A stretch of DNA of 63,225 nucleotides, the filler included, from Folioceros fuciformis (Eukaryota): NCBI GenBank assembly GCA_049999805.1. It is 48 parts of 48 records of this genome, joined end to end, with 100 filler letters (N's around TTAATTAATTAA, not from the genome) between each part and the next. Parts side by side here need not be neighbours in the genome. Positions count along the whole stretch, not along the records: positions 49,851 to 50,891 come from JBNGIO010007212.1; positions 50,992 to 52,034 come from JBNGIO010007213.1; positions 52,135 to 53,740 come from JBNGIO010007214.1; positions 53,841 to 54,860 come from JBNGIO010007215.1; positions 54,961 to 55,967 come from JBNGIO010007216.1; positions 56,068 to 57,113 come from JBNGIO010007217.1; positions 57,214 to 58,250 come from JBNGIO010007218.1; positions 58,351 to 59,395 come from JBNGIO010007219.1; 40 more parts are not named here. One strand, written 5' to 3'. Positions 50,018 through 62,111 of this stretch are shown in pieces. Below the pieces are notes generated by a model. It was given only the letters and a program-made list of their open reading frames with translations. It did no database searches and was not told where the DNA came from. How positions within the stretch are numbered: position 1 is the stretch's first letter; every line of letters begins with the position of its first letter. A program made the translations under genes and the position numbers.

Positions 50018-50334
50018 GCTCTGATACCACTTGAAGGAACGCTCTAGGAGCTACATGGTGAAGGAGAGGAGAGGAGGAGGCAAAGAGGAAAGGAGAAAGA
50101 GAGATCACACTCTCACAATAGAGTCATACATACAAGGGAGCTCAAGGGGGTATTTATACCCTCTAGAAGAGCTCCCTAGGAAGCTTCACAAGAAGCCCAC
50201 AAGAAACTGCACAAGAAGCTTCCTAGAGATTAGCATAAGCTAATCTAAACTAATGATACTTAACTAGACACTAATCTTAGACTAAACACATTAGTCTAGG
50301 CACATTGGGCTTTAATAACCCTACACCTCCCCCT
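50018..50334 (-). mobile_element. Short LTR (50032-50325) with a PPT upstream and an iMet PBS (50018-50029) downstream
   Basis: Reverse-complement homologue of 30943-31250. Confidence 0.85.
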
Positions 50335-50754
50335 ACCGATTTCTACCTCCCTACACTCGATACCTTTTCCTCACAAGGCTCCCTACAACACCTTCCTCTA
50401 CCCACAATCTAGCTGCTCGTCTTCCTACACCCAGCAACCAACGAGTTTCCTCCGAGCCTACTCCGCTCCCTCCAACTCTGTTTATCGTTCGCCTACAACA
50501 TTCAACCTTTCCCAGCGCGTGCCTTGAACACGTCTAGTCGGTAGGAAGGCACCATTCCTTCACTTGGCAGCGCCCCAATACCTCCCCTACCAACTTCCAA
50601 CTACCTACACCCAGCACCTTTCCCCACAAGTCTTCTCACAACATCTTCTACACGATCCAACTCCACGTTTCCCTATGTTCAAGACTCCCAACCAGGCATC
50701 ACAAAAAACCTTTGCAATCGGCAACAGAAAGGGCACTCGCAGAAAGGGCGAACG

Positions 50755-50891
50755 TTGCGCTATGTGAAGGCAACTATGGATCATGCTCTCTTTTATGTTG
50801 CAGATTTAGAAATAAACCTGTGTGGGTACACAGATGCAGATTGAGCAGGCAGTGTTACTGATCGTAGATCTACAAGTGGATTCATTTTTTC
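50755..50891 (+). mobile_element. Ty1/copia RT/RNase H junction fragment
   Basis: LRYVKATMDHALFY..GYTDAD*AGSVTDRRSTSGF. Confidence 0.85.
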
Positions 50892-51607
50892 NNNNNNNNN
50901 NNNNNNNNNNNNNNNNNNNNNNNNNNNNNNNNNNNTTAATTAATTAANNNNNNNNNNNNNNNNNNNNNNNNNNNNNNNNNNNNNNNNNNNNGGGACCAAA
51001 CCTATACCCACTCTTATAACCAAACCAACTATTTCCTGGTCAATTAACCTAATTAACACAAAGAAAAATAGGAAAAATGACCCGAAAATCAAGGAAAATT
51101 AGGGAAAATAAGTTGAAAAAGAAAACCAAACCATACCACTATCAACCCTTTTTCAACCAAAACAAACTACTACCCCAAACTTTGGAGGTTCACAGTGTGC
51201 TGAGGTGAGGAGCGTAGGTGCTGAAGTCCTCAATTAGCTGCTGAGGTGGCTGGCATTTAGGGCTGAGAGTGGGGGCCGAGGCCAGGGCTGGGACCTCCTC
51301 TCAACTGCTGATACTTGGAGCTGGAAGTGGGAGCTGAAGATGATGCTGCAGTTCTCATTCAGCTAGAGTTGTGGTTCGTGTTGAAGACAGGGTTCTGATC
51401 TTTTTGCAATAGTGTGGTTAGGTCTAGGAACCGGCTGATAGGATTAGATTTGGGTAGTGAGGGGAAGATTGTGGGGAACCTTGACACTAGTTCACTCCCT
51501 TGGGTTTGAATCCTAGTACTACGATGATAATAAGGAGGAAGTGTGGCCCTTGGTGGTTCTTGGGTGCAAGTTCCACTCCATAGCCGGTAAAAGAATTCTT
51601 CATTCGG

Positions 51608-51880
51608 TTGGAAATGAGATTTCCATCGATTAATGCTATGAAGATAGAAGAGTTAGCAAACTTGAGAAGAAAACTTGATGAAACGGCACTTATGTTTTAT
51701 AATCGGACTAGCCAATTGGTGACGGATACGGGGCTGCACAATGAGATGGAAGTGTGTTTCAAATACATTTGCAATCTAGATGAGGATATTAAGAAGGATG
51801 TCTTTAGAGAGTTAACGTCGCTATATGGCAAGACATATACGTTGGATCAGGTGTTCCCAATTGTAGAGAAACATGAGTAG
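51608..51880 (+). mobile_element. Retrotransposon gag fragment
   Basis: ELANLRRKLDETALMFYNR..KYICNL resembles the gag major homology region. Confidence 0.55.
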
Positions 51881-52134
51881 GCGAGGGCGTTTGTGGGCAA
51901 GCGGGTATGGTATCCCTACCAAGCACCCGCTCACATGTATCGTGGCCACATCAATCCCACGGTCGTTGTAGGTTTCCCCGGAATCGCTCCCCTCTAAGCC
52001 TGGTCAGCTACGTCTATCGCTCCCCTACACTAGTNNNNNNNNNNNNNNNNNNNNNNNNNNNNNNNNNNNNNNNNNNNNTTAATTAATTAANNNNNNNNNN
52101 NNNNNNNNNNNNNNNNNNNNNNNNNNNNNNNNNN

Positions 52135-53740
52135 CTTGTATCTGTCAGCCAACTTCTGAGCCTGCTCCACAACGGCTATCTCCATCTCTTGTGCCTTGGC
52201 CATTTCCTGTTGCATCTCCAGGTTAGTCTCGTGAGCCTCCCTCACCTGAGCTAACAGGGTCCCCTATTGCTCTTTCAGCGCCTGCACTTCAGCCCTCGCC
52301 TCGCGCGCCTCTTCCTCGGCTTTGAGCCTTCTCCCTGTCCAGGACCCGCTGCTTCTCCTCCAGCAGTTGCCGCGCCATCTCCGACTCTGCTAGTTGCCTC
52401 CTTGCTTCAGCCTCTCGCTCAAGAGCCTTCTCCTCCTTTCCCTGAGCCTCAGCCTCTCGCTCCGCTTGTACACTTAACCAAGTTAGGGCCCTAGCAGCCT
52501 GATCCAGGAGTTTTGCTTGGGCTTGCACCATTGCAGCGGTCAGCCCGGGTAGGTCCACCTCCTGCACCCCTCCGATGCCCATTCCTTTCGCCGTGATTTG
52601 TCTACCCAGGAATTCTCGCAACTTGTCCAGGTCCCCCACCTGCAACCTGTCTCTCTGAGGCCTGCACCTGAAAATGTCCTTCCACCTTGAGAAACCTTCC
52701 TGTGCTGAAACGTGCCCTAACTTATCCTCCTGTCTGGAGGAAACTATGTCGGCTGCCATCACCTGATCCTGTGGCTCCTCGGGTCTTGTCTCACCCTGAC
52801 CTTGCTCCTCCAACCTTCGGTCCTTGATTCCCTGGACAGCTGATTCTCGTTCTGCCTCCTGCTGGCCCGTCTGCTCAAGGGCTGTCCCCCCTTCCTCCTA
52901 ATCAGCCACCATGCTCACACTTTGTCCTCTAGTTCTTTTCCTCTTGGCAGGAGTCTTCTTTTGTGGCGCCATCCTCTTCCTGGGCTTGACTGGGGTTTCC
53001 TCCTACAAGCTATTCCCACTGGTCAACTTCCCAACTACTAGAGGCAACCCTTGCTGGCTCAGCGGGCTTCCACTTCACATCGCGAACTGGCTTCCACAGG
53101 TGCAGCGAGGCCAGCATTTCTAGCTCAGTGACCAGGTTAGCGTAACTGTACACATGGATTAGAAACGGGGAAATCATAGAAGGTTCAGGGGTGGGTTGGA
53201 TCAGATTCTGCCTCTCCTCATCCATCCTAGCGTATAAAATCCTCCCCTAGTCGATCCTGGTGCCCTTCACTACTTCATGCACAAACAGGAGCATCTGGTC
53301 GGATAGATAATCCTGTTTGCGTACCTGGAAGAAGCTCAGGAACCACCTGGCCAATCCCAACAGCTGGGGACTTGCCATGTCGCGCACCAGCCACCCGTTC
53401 GCTTCCTTTCTCGTGCCTGCCTTGAGCAGCATTTCCGCGGCTCCCGTTCTGCCACGCTTCTTCAGGGACTCCAGCACCAGTTCCCCTTCCTCTTGTTGGT
53501 CGCGCCCGTAGACCCTCCTGATCAACTCCAGGTTCCATTCCTGGGGTCTGCCTCTGATCCTCTCCTCGTGTACAGGCTTTATCAACCTCACGGCGCACTC
53601 CCTGACCAGCTGGGGTGCTGCATGGTTCCATTTCTGGGTCATAAAGTTTAGACCCAGCTTTGCCACCAACTTTCCTGCCCTGACCCTCCAGTGCTCCATA
53701 TTGGGCCACAAGAGTAGGTCGATTCGGGGGTCAGGAGGTC
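52135..53740 (-). mobile_element. Extra (Athila env-like) ORF, longest copy, with internal stops
   Basis: PQLVREC..IRGRP..LARWFLSF..VVKGTRID*GRILY..SMISPFLIHVY, then a basic KR patch and an E/A/R coiled coil. Confidence 0.75.
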
Positions 53741-54488
53741 NNNNNNNNNNNNNNNNNNNNNNNNNNNNNNNNNNNNNNNNNNNNTTAATTAATTAANNNN
53801 NNNNNNNNNNNNNNNNNNNNNNNNNNNNNNNNNNNNNNNNCAGGTTCCCTCCCAAGGACATAGCTGGCAAAGGAGTGTCAAGAGTGGGGTCGGGCCCCAT
53901 TGTTTAGACTTAGGTTATGTTGGCCTGTTGTGATTGGGCCTAAATGGTAGGCTCATTAAGACTTTTGACACCAGGTCATTTTCTAGGCAAGCCTAGATTA
54001 GTGAGCCAAGAGGTTCATTAACTTAGTTGACTTTTCATAGTATTGACCTAAAGAGAGAAGGGAGCTCCTATAAGGCTTGGAGAGTCCCTTGAACTCATTT
54101 TGTCATTTGCCACTCTTTGGTCCTCAGCTCTTGCTTCATGAGCTCCAAATGTTTCTTGTTTTAGCTAAGTGATGTGGTTGAGACCTTTTCTCCCTTTCCA
54201 ATCAGATGTTGCTAAGTTTCAGCTCTTGGGATGTGGATGAGGTTGGGGATAATAGTGCAAGTGTCCATAGTTGTTGTCCTTACTGATCCCGCATGCTGGT
54301 CTTGCTAGTGCGTTGCCAGACAAGGAGACTTGGTGTCTGGTAGGAGGTAAGGGCAGGTTCCATCAATGTGTGGGGTAGTGTAGAAGAGTTTTGACCCGTG
54401 GAGGGGAGAACAAGTAGAGGAGTAGGTGTGGAAGAATAGAGGAGGAGTAGAGGTGAAGGTAAAGGTTGTTTTCGTGTTTAGAGTTCTT

Positions 54489-54860
54489 TGAACCTCCAAA
54501 GTTTGGGGTAGTGGTTTGTTTTGGTTGAAAAAGGGTTAATAGTGGTATGGTTTGGTTTCTTTTTCTACTTCCTTTTCCTATTTTTTCTTTATTTTCTGGT
54601 CTTCTTTGTGCTAATTAGGTTAATTGACTAGGAAATAGTTGGTTTGGTTATTAGAGTGGGTACAGGTCTAGTCCCAAACCTGGGAAAGTTTAGGTCCGGT
54701 ACCGGGCCATAGGGTTGGGAAAGTTTGAGTCTAGGTCTGGTGATTTAGTTTAATATTAATTAAAGATATGTAATATTAGATGATTAAATAATAACATAAT
54801 AATATTAAATAATAAAATAATGGTATGAACATAGGAACGGGAATATGTGGGGTATGTCAG
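54489..54860 (+). mobile_element. 5' part of the long LTR
   Basis: Reverse-complement homologue of 50992-51194. Confidence 0.7.
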
Positions 54861-54960
54861 NNNNNNNNNNNNNNNNNNNNNNNNNNNNNNNNNNNNNNNN
54901 NNNNTTAATTAATTAANNNNNNNNNNNNNNNNNNNNNNNNNNNNNNNNNNNNNNNNNNNN

Positions 54961-55967
54961 ACCTTACCAGAGGCCATGAGACATGGCCGGCCTACAGCAC
55001 TTGTCCAAGCAAGGAACAAGAGTGGACAGGTCGAGAGAAAGACACATCCTTTACAATCAAGAGCTAGGGGCAAGCTCCTACACCCTGGTCATTACACCTT
55101 GTGATCCTACCAGACACTATACAACCGGCAACATGCTGCCCGCGATCCTACCAGACACTGTACAGTCGACAACACGCTGCTTGCGATCCTACCAGACACT
55201 GTATAGCCGGCAACACACGGTTGCGATCCTACCAGACGTTGCACAACCGGCAACACACTGCAGGCCCTAAACCAAGCAGGGATGGACCACAAGAGCTCGT
55301 GAAGAGAGGACCTCCAAGAGCTCACGAAGTGACACACTGACTCCCAAAGTGAATGACTCCCTCCTCCTACAGGCTCACCTAATCTTATAGGAGCCTCTCT
55401 CTCTCTCTGACTTCACCACTCTTTAACTTGAGAAATATTATTTTAATAGGACCACTAACCTAGCCGGCTATCACCAGCCACTTATTTAGACTTCTAGCAC
55501 ATCCTGCCACCAATGAGCTCCTGCCCCTACCACCACAAGGATCTACCACCTCTTAGACTATCCTGAGACTTCGGAGGATATCTGATCTTCAAAGATATGC
55601 GGACGCCACCTCTTCCTTGCTGGATGGCTGCCCGCTAAGTCTTCCCCTGCAAGTGTTCACCCTTGGTGGTTGAGCTAGCCTCCAGGGGAGGAGTATGAGA
55701 AGTGGGAAAGATAGAGAGGAGGTGGGAGGTAGTGGGATCAGCAGACGGAACCTGGCCTGAAAACAGTAGCTTATACAGTGGGATCAGCTTCCAGCCGAAA
55801 TGGTCCTCTGCCATGGAAGACTGACCCCGAGGTGCTGGAATAGGCCCCGAACTAGGAGGAAAAGAAAGCAGGTGAAACAGAGTTGAATTGGAATTTCTGG
55901 AATTAAATCCAGAAAAATAGGGGTGAAAATAGAGAAGGGGAAATTAGGAAAATAAAAAGAAGAAATA
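54961..55967. mobile_element. Probable long-LTR body copy with four units of about 41 bp at 55103-55262
   Basis: GATCCTACCAGAC repeated four times; homologous to 48870-49750. Confidence 0.7.
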
Positions 55968-56269
55968 NNNNNNNNNNNNNNNNNNNNNNNNNNNNNNNNN
56001 NNNNNNNNNNNTTAATTAATTAANNNNNNNNNNNNNNNNNNNNNNNNNNNNNNNNNNNNNNNNNNNNGTGCCAAATGGGACCCTGTATCGACAATGGCAA
56101 CCCCACAACTGCATGTAGAGAGAGAAAAAGCCAAGGGGTGGGCCAAACCTAAGCGAAATCTCATCGCGGTGGCGAAAGTTGCTGGTACGATTCGAAACGC
56201 CTGGATGCAAGGTCGAGCTAAAAGCCAAGAGCCCGCTCCTTTACCTGAACAAGATTGAATATGAGCTCA

Positions 56270-57113
56270 AGAAGACCTAGAGATGGATGAGTCTGAAAGA
56301 GGGGCTCTTAGTGCTTGGCCATATTGGTTTTCTAGGAGGGAGGTTTGGAGACCCTTCAACCCTTCCCTAGAAAAGGAGGTGAAAGGAGGTAGAGCCTCCA
56401 AAGGTAGAGAATCCCTCGCTTGCCTAAGAGATACCTGCAAAGGGAAAACGCCCTCCTCAACAGCTGAAATAAAACTTTCAAGAACAGGGGAATCTTGTAG
56501 CAAAAAACGAGAGGCCAAAATTGGAGCTGAGAGGGCCCAACTGCCGAGAAGGCAGCTGGGGCAGAGGCCTCCATGGCCAAAAGACCAACCCCTCCAAAGG
56601 CGACTGGCAAAGAAGCCTGCTTCCAAGCCAAATCACAAACAGCACACTCGAAGGTGCCCGAACCTATGATGTTCCCAGGAGCCTGCATAACTTGATTGTC
56701 AAACTTCCTGAGACTTGATAAGAAAAATCGAGAAGGCGCAACAGTTCTAGTGAGGTAAAACAGTTCTAGTGAGGTAACCTGGTCGCTATGCAAAACAAGA
56801 AGAAAGGATAGCAAATGCAATTTGAGGATCACCGATTTGTGAGAAGTCCATGATATGAGCCAAATCTTCATCCAATGCTTCATCCACAAACCTATGAACA
56901 AAATCAGGAGGTCCCACAGGCACACCCAAGACTCGAAGTCCCTGCGAGGGGGTGATATCCCCCCCCCAAATATTGAAGGGAGGAAGTGATGCTTGAAGGG
57001 GACCAAACCCTACATTTAGATAGCTTGACTCGCAACCCCACCTTGGAGAGCTTTGATGAGAAGAAATCAAATGTTGCTTTGACTGTGACTCCTTGCCCAA
57101 GAATATGAGTGTC
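56270..57113 (-). mobile_element. CRE-clade-like non-LTR retrotransposon, RT thumb/C-terminal region, degenerate
   Basis: GLRVLGVPVGPPDFV, DPQIAFAIL..C...PGYLTRTV, WKQASLPVAFGGVGL..SAPAAF. Confidence 0.7.
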
Positions 57114-57213
57114 NNNNNNNNNNNNNNNNNNNNNNNNNNNNNNNNNNNNNNNNNNNNTTAATTAATTAANNNNNNNNNNNNNNNNNNNNNNNNNNNNNNN
57201 NNNNNNNNNNNNN

Positions 57214-58250
57214 CTTCTACATACAGGCCTGGCACATAGGAGGCCTCCTCCTCATACTGCAGCACAATCCGACCTTCTGTCATAACAGAGGTGCTTACCC
57301 CATCCTCCCTTGGGCTACCTTGGGTTGCCTGCTCCCCCTCCTACTGGGGTACCTGAAGGTTCTCTGCCTGCCCAGCTGTTGCCTCCTCCGGCTCTATCCT
57401 CCTAGTATGGGTCACCCTCCTGGAGCGCCTAGGGGCAGGTGCCCCTACTGCTTCCTCCTTCATTTCCAGGGTTGGTTTTTCAGCCATCCTGGGCCTTGCT
57501 AGGCCGCCAGTAGCCCCGTCGGCTACCCGACTACTGGTAGTCCCCTTGACTACCGTTCCCCTGGTTCGGCTACCGGTAGCCCCTTCTGCTACCGGGGTCG
57601 CCGACTGACTCGGACGCCCAGCCTTGCTCTTCCCCTTCACTCTCTCTCTGGCCTCATCCCGCTCCCGCTTGTATCTGTCAGCCAACTTCTGAGCCTGCAC
57701 CACAGCGGCTATCTCCATCTCCCGTGCCCTTGCCATTTCCTGTTGCATCTCTAGGTTAGTCTCGTAAGCCTCCCTCACCTAAGCTAGCAGGGTCCCCTGT
57801 TGCTCTTTCAGCGCCTGCACTTCAACCCTCGCCTCACGCGCCTCTTTCTCGGCTTGAGCCTTCTCCCTGTCCAAGACCTGCTGCTTCTCCTCCAGTAGTT
57901 GCCGCGCTGTCTCCGACTCCGCCAGTTGTCTCCTTGCTTTAGCCTCTTGCTCACGAGCCTTCTCCTCCTTTCCCCGAGCCTCGGCCTCTCGCTCCGCCTG
58001 TACACTTAACCAGGTCAGGGCCCTAACTGCCTGATCCAGGAGGTTTGCTTGGGCCTGCACCATCGCAGCAGTCAGCCCGGGTAGGTCCACCTCCTACACC
58101 CCTCCGGTGCCCATTCCTCTCGCCGTGATTTGTCTGCCCAGGAATTCTCACAACTTGTCCAGGTCCCCCACCTGCAACCTGTCTCTCTGAGGCCTGCACC
58201 TGAAAATGTCCTTCCACCTTGAGGAACCCTCCTGTGCTGAAACGTGCCCT
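57214..58250 (-). mobile_element. Extra ORF coiled-coil/C-terminal part, degenerate copy
   Basis: Near-identical to 52135-52720 and 24250-24741. Confidence 0.75.
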
Positions 58251-58350
58251 NNNNNNNNNNNNNNNNNNNNNNNNNNNNNNNNNNNNNNNNNNNNTTAATT
58301 AATTAANNNNNNNNNNNNNNNNNNNNNNNNNNNNNNNNNNNNNNNNNNNN

Positions 58351-59395
58351 GGAGCTGGAGGGGAGCCCTCGAATCCATCATCGAGTTGATCAAGTCCGAC
58401 CCTCCATCCACAGCAGTAAGGAACCCCATCGCTCCTTCATGGGAACGAAACCCAATGTCTCAACGACAGTGGGATAAGTGTGGCCACTAAAGGTGGGACC
58501 CGTTGGCAATCAGTGCCCGGGGTTTTGCCTCCACACTTAGCGATCTGGCCAGGCTTGGATTCACCTGCCAGCCTGCCAGATCGGCCTAGCTATCTGGCTG
58601 AATTTCCCCTGCACTTGGTCTACTCGCCGACCAACTAGGCCGCCTGCAAGCCGGCCTGCTCTGCTCGGTCTCGACCAGCCTACCTGCCTCCATCGGATCT
58701 CGCCCCCCGCCAGTATCCCACCAGCCCGTCACAGCGATCAAGCGCCGGCCGCTTGCCAGCTAGCCTGCTGCCGTCCTGGCTTCTTGGTTCCGCCTGCTTG
58801 GCCGGCCAGTGCCAGGATCTGGGTGCCCGGACTCAAGCAGTCGGGCCTCTGCGCTGCTGGGGCGCTTGCCTGCCCTCAGCAGCTGGGCCGCTCGCCAGCC
58901 GCTGCAAACCGGCTGGCCAGCCTGCTGGATTGCCAGCTGGGTCGCGTGCCTGACCCAGCATCGGCCAGCCCCAGCCAGCCCGCTTGCCGCTACCAGGCTG
59001 CCTACTACTGGGCTGGGCTGGCCTACTGCTCCGGCCCTTCAGCAACCTTCCCGCAGTCAACGACCTCCCCGAGCTGTCTAGCCTCCATCTGATCGGGACT
59101 GGACAGCCACGATCGGCTGGCCTGGCCGCTACCGGTCCAATGCCATCCGCCTGCCTCCAACCCAACCAGCACACCCAGGTTGACCCCGACTAGCCCGGCT
59201 AGCCGACCAGCCCGCCTTCCAGATCAACCAAGCTAGGACCAGTAGCCTAGCCGGCTATCACCAGCCACTTATTTAGACTTCTAGCACAACCTGCCACCAA
59301 TGAGCTCCTGGCCCTACCACCACAAGGATCTACCACCTCTTAGACTATCCTGAGACTTCGGAGGATGTCTGATCTTCAAAGATTTGCGGACGCCG
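58351..59395. mobile_element. LTR-associated non-coding region with a GC-rich degenerate repeat
   Basis: 58430-58535 matches 39134-39240; 59240-59395 matches about 55450-55605. Confidence 0.65.
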
Positions 59396-59681
59396 NNNNN
59401 NNNNNNNNNNNNNNNNNNNNNNNNNNNNNNNNNNNNNNNTTAATTAATTAANNNNNNNNNNNNNNNNNNNNNNNNNNNNNNNNNNNNNNNNNNNNCTCGC
59501 CTCACCATTAATCTAGCTACTAATCTAACCTAATCTTTTAACCATTTCACCACGGGGTTCCCTTAGAGATTCCCAAAAAGAGAAATCCTACCATTTTCCA
59601 AGGACCTATTCAGCATATGGAATCCACACCTTCGATAAAGCAAAGGTTCTGTGTTGGTTCCGACTGGGTGAAAATTGGGCT

Positions 59682-60443
59682 TTGATCTTCAGACCAGATC
59701 TCTACAAGTGGCCCAAGCGTCCAGGGTGCAAGGAGGCTATCTCTCGATCTTTCTTCAACTTCCCAATAGTGGACTTGTTCCTCTGGCTGGTGCGAGTGCA
59801 GAAAATCGAACAAAGACAACCAATGGCTCCCCGACTGCAATCATCTGGATGGCGACAAAGGGAAGCCGTCAAGCTTCTATGGAAGTCTGCAGGAGTCCCC
59901 CCCAAGGTTAGGTATACGGTTTGGTGCTTCTTTCAAGTGTGTTTGCCTAATGCGGATCGCTGGGATGGGCTTTTAATTGCAACGAGAGAGGAAGTGTGTC
60001 GACTGTGCACCGCTAGGGCCCTAAACAAGAGTCAACACATGTTCTTTCACTGTAACTTTGCTCAAGAGATCTAGAGGGAGGTGGGCAAGTGGCTTCGATT
60101 GATTTCTCCTGGTGCCAACCTTAGGTTGGCAACGCAACCAGCCTTATTTGGCTTGGACGTAGCCTCGGGCAAACATCTTCTTAAAACACAATGGTGGGGC
60201 TTACTGTGGTCTTTGTGCCTTTTCCATCTCTGGGTCAATTGGTCCGCGGTGGTCTATGGAGGACAGGAGCCATCTTCATCGAGAGCTTTGTTGTGGCGTA
60301 TATGGGAGTATTTATCGATTGCAGTAGAAGTTTTGGAGCAATCCCATCAAAAACAGTTTAAGAGGAAAGAGTGGAGGTCGGCGGGCTTCCTAATGCCTGA
60401 GATAGATACGTGTTGGAATCATTCGTGCCCCTGGGGAAGGTGA
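59682..60443 (+). mobile_element. L1-clade LINE ORF2 C-terminus (zf-RVT), pseudogenised
   Basis: LWKSAGVPPKVRYTVW..LP..CRLC..HMFFHCNFAQEI*. Confidence 0.8.
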
Positions 60444-60799
60444 GCCCTTAGGGTCATTGGAAGACTTCGAGGGGTGAGTATTAGTGGCTTTGGCAGTCTA
60501 CGGGTACCATNNNNNNNNNNNNNNNNNNNNNNNNNNNNNNNNNNNNNNNNNNNNTTAATTAATTAANNNNNNNNNNNNNNNNNNNNNNNNNNNNNNNNNN
60601 NNNNNNNNNNCGCCAAAGGCCAAGGACAACCAACCACCCCCAGACACTTGGTCTGGCCACCGATTCGCCCAAAGTACCATGGCCCAAGGAGACTATGGGT
60701 ATAAATACCTCGGTTTTATCCTCAACCCAAGCCGCTTTCTCCTTCACTTCACACAAAAAACCAAAATCCACCAAATCTGTCACTCAAAAAGGGGTTCGC

Positions 60800-61222
60800 G
60801 AATAATTTTTCCCTCTACAATCCCCCTCTCATTCTGCAATTTTATATATTTCTAAGAGCAATCATCTGACTTGTGGTACTAACTCCTGCATATAGATCTT
60901 GTAGTCTGGACCAAATCTCAGCAAATGTTTTGCATCTAGAAGTCTGTCTAAGCATGTCAGAGGTTAGTCCACTTCTTATTAAATATACATTGCAGCTTCA
61001 TCCTTAATGTACCAAGCCTCTTAGTATCTAGATTCAGTAGAGGAAGGGGTAACTTCAGGGGAAAAAGAGCCAGGGAGTAATTCCTCTCCAGTAGCTATCT
61101 TACAGAGTCTTTTATTTTGCAAGGCTCCACGCATACACATGACCCAAATGTCATAATCTGTCCCCCCAAACCGATCTTTCTCTTTAAACCCATCACCCCT
61201 GAGATTAGTTGTGTCAGCCAGT
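60800..61222 (-). mobile_element. Ty1/copia gag N-terminus, degenerate
   Basis: DRFGGTDYDIWVMCMRGALQNKRL..AWYIKDEAAM with stops. Confidence 0.65.
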
Positions 61223-61875
61223 TTTAGGAATCTGGAAATCCTGTCCTAACTGTTAGGATGTTGGCTGTGTGCAGATCTATGACCTATTCTGACAAGGTAC
61301 ACAATCCTGGTAATAGAGAAAGCAGGGGAGCAGTGAGATGCTACTGTTGCATCTTAGATAGGCTGCAACAGCAGCCCTATTTACAAAGGGTTTGCAAAGT
61401 GACCTACCACTGGTAAGATGGCAGATTGGTTTGCAACTGCATGTGAAATCCTTTGATTTCTAACCTCCCATCTATTAAATGCATAGGTAGAGCAAGAAGG
61501 ACAGGAATTTGGAGCATCAAAGGTGTGTAAGTTATGTTTCTTATTTGCACGCTTGCATGCAACCCCTCTAAGAGCAGGATTTGCAAGCAAGGCAGGTTTT
61601 AATAAGGTTAGTAACTTAAAATCCAAATGTCCTATTTGTTCCTTCAATTCTTGCAAGTCAACACTAATTAAAAGCAAGTTTGTGACAAATGCTCTGAAAA
61701 CGCTCATCAACATATCAACATGCTGTTGATGTCTTTCTATCCTAGCATTTAATTGTGAAGCACTAACATGTGGTGNNNNNNNNNNNNNNNNNNNNNNNNN
61801 NNNNNNNNNNNNNNNNNNNTTAATTAATTAANNNNNNNNNNNNNNNNNNNNNNNNNNNNNNNNNNNNNNNNNNNN

Positions 61876-61991
61876 TAACCTGTGTAGTTTAACACAAATC
61901 ATTCCCTTGGGATCGAATCCCAGAGCTACAACGACATAGAGGGCTTGTGTGGACCTCGCGCTACCCCCGAGTACCCTATTTTAACCCCACA
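61876..61991 (+). mobile_element. 5' LTR end of an Athila-like element
   Basis: Ends AACCCCACA, followed by TTT and the PBS. Confidence 0.9.
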
Positions 61992-61994
61992 TTT

Positions 61995-62012
61995 TGGCGC
62001 CGTTGCCGGGGA
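61995..62012 (+). promoter_or_regulatory. tRNA-Asp primer-binding site
   Basis: TGGCGCCGTTGCCGGGGA is complementary to the plant cytosolic tRNA-Asp 3' end, typical of Athila. Confidence 0.92.
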
Positions 62013-62111
62013 ATGAATAGTTGTTACACACATGGGTGAGTGACTAACAGTTGAGTAAGGGCTTGAGGAAGGACCAGTAAGGCCAAGGGAGCCAGAAGAA
62101 GTGGTTGATGG

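Noticed and set aside
1176-61821. Regularly recurring TTAATTAATTAA as a biological repeat or CRISPR-like array
   Set aside because: Always embedded in fixed N runs; it is an assembly linker, and ORFs ending XXXLIN are artefacts
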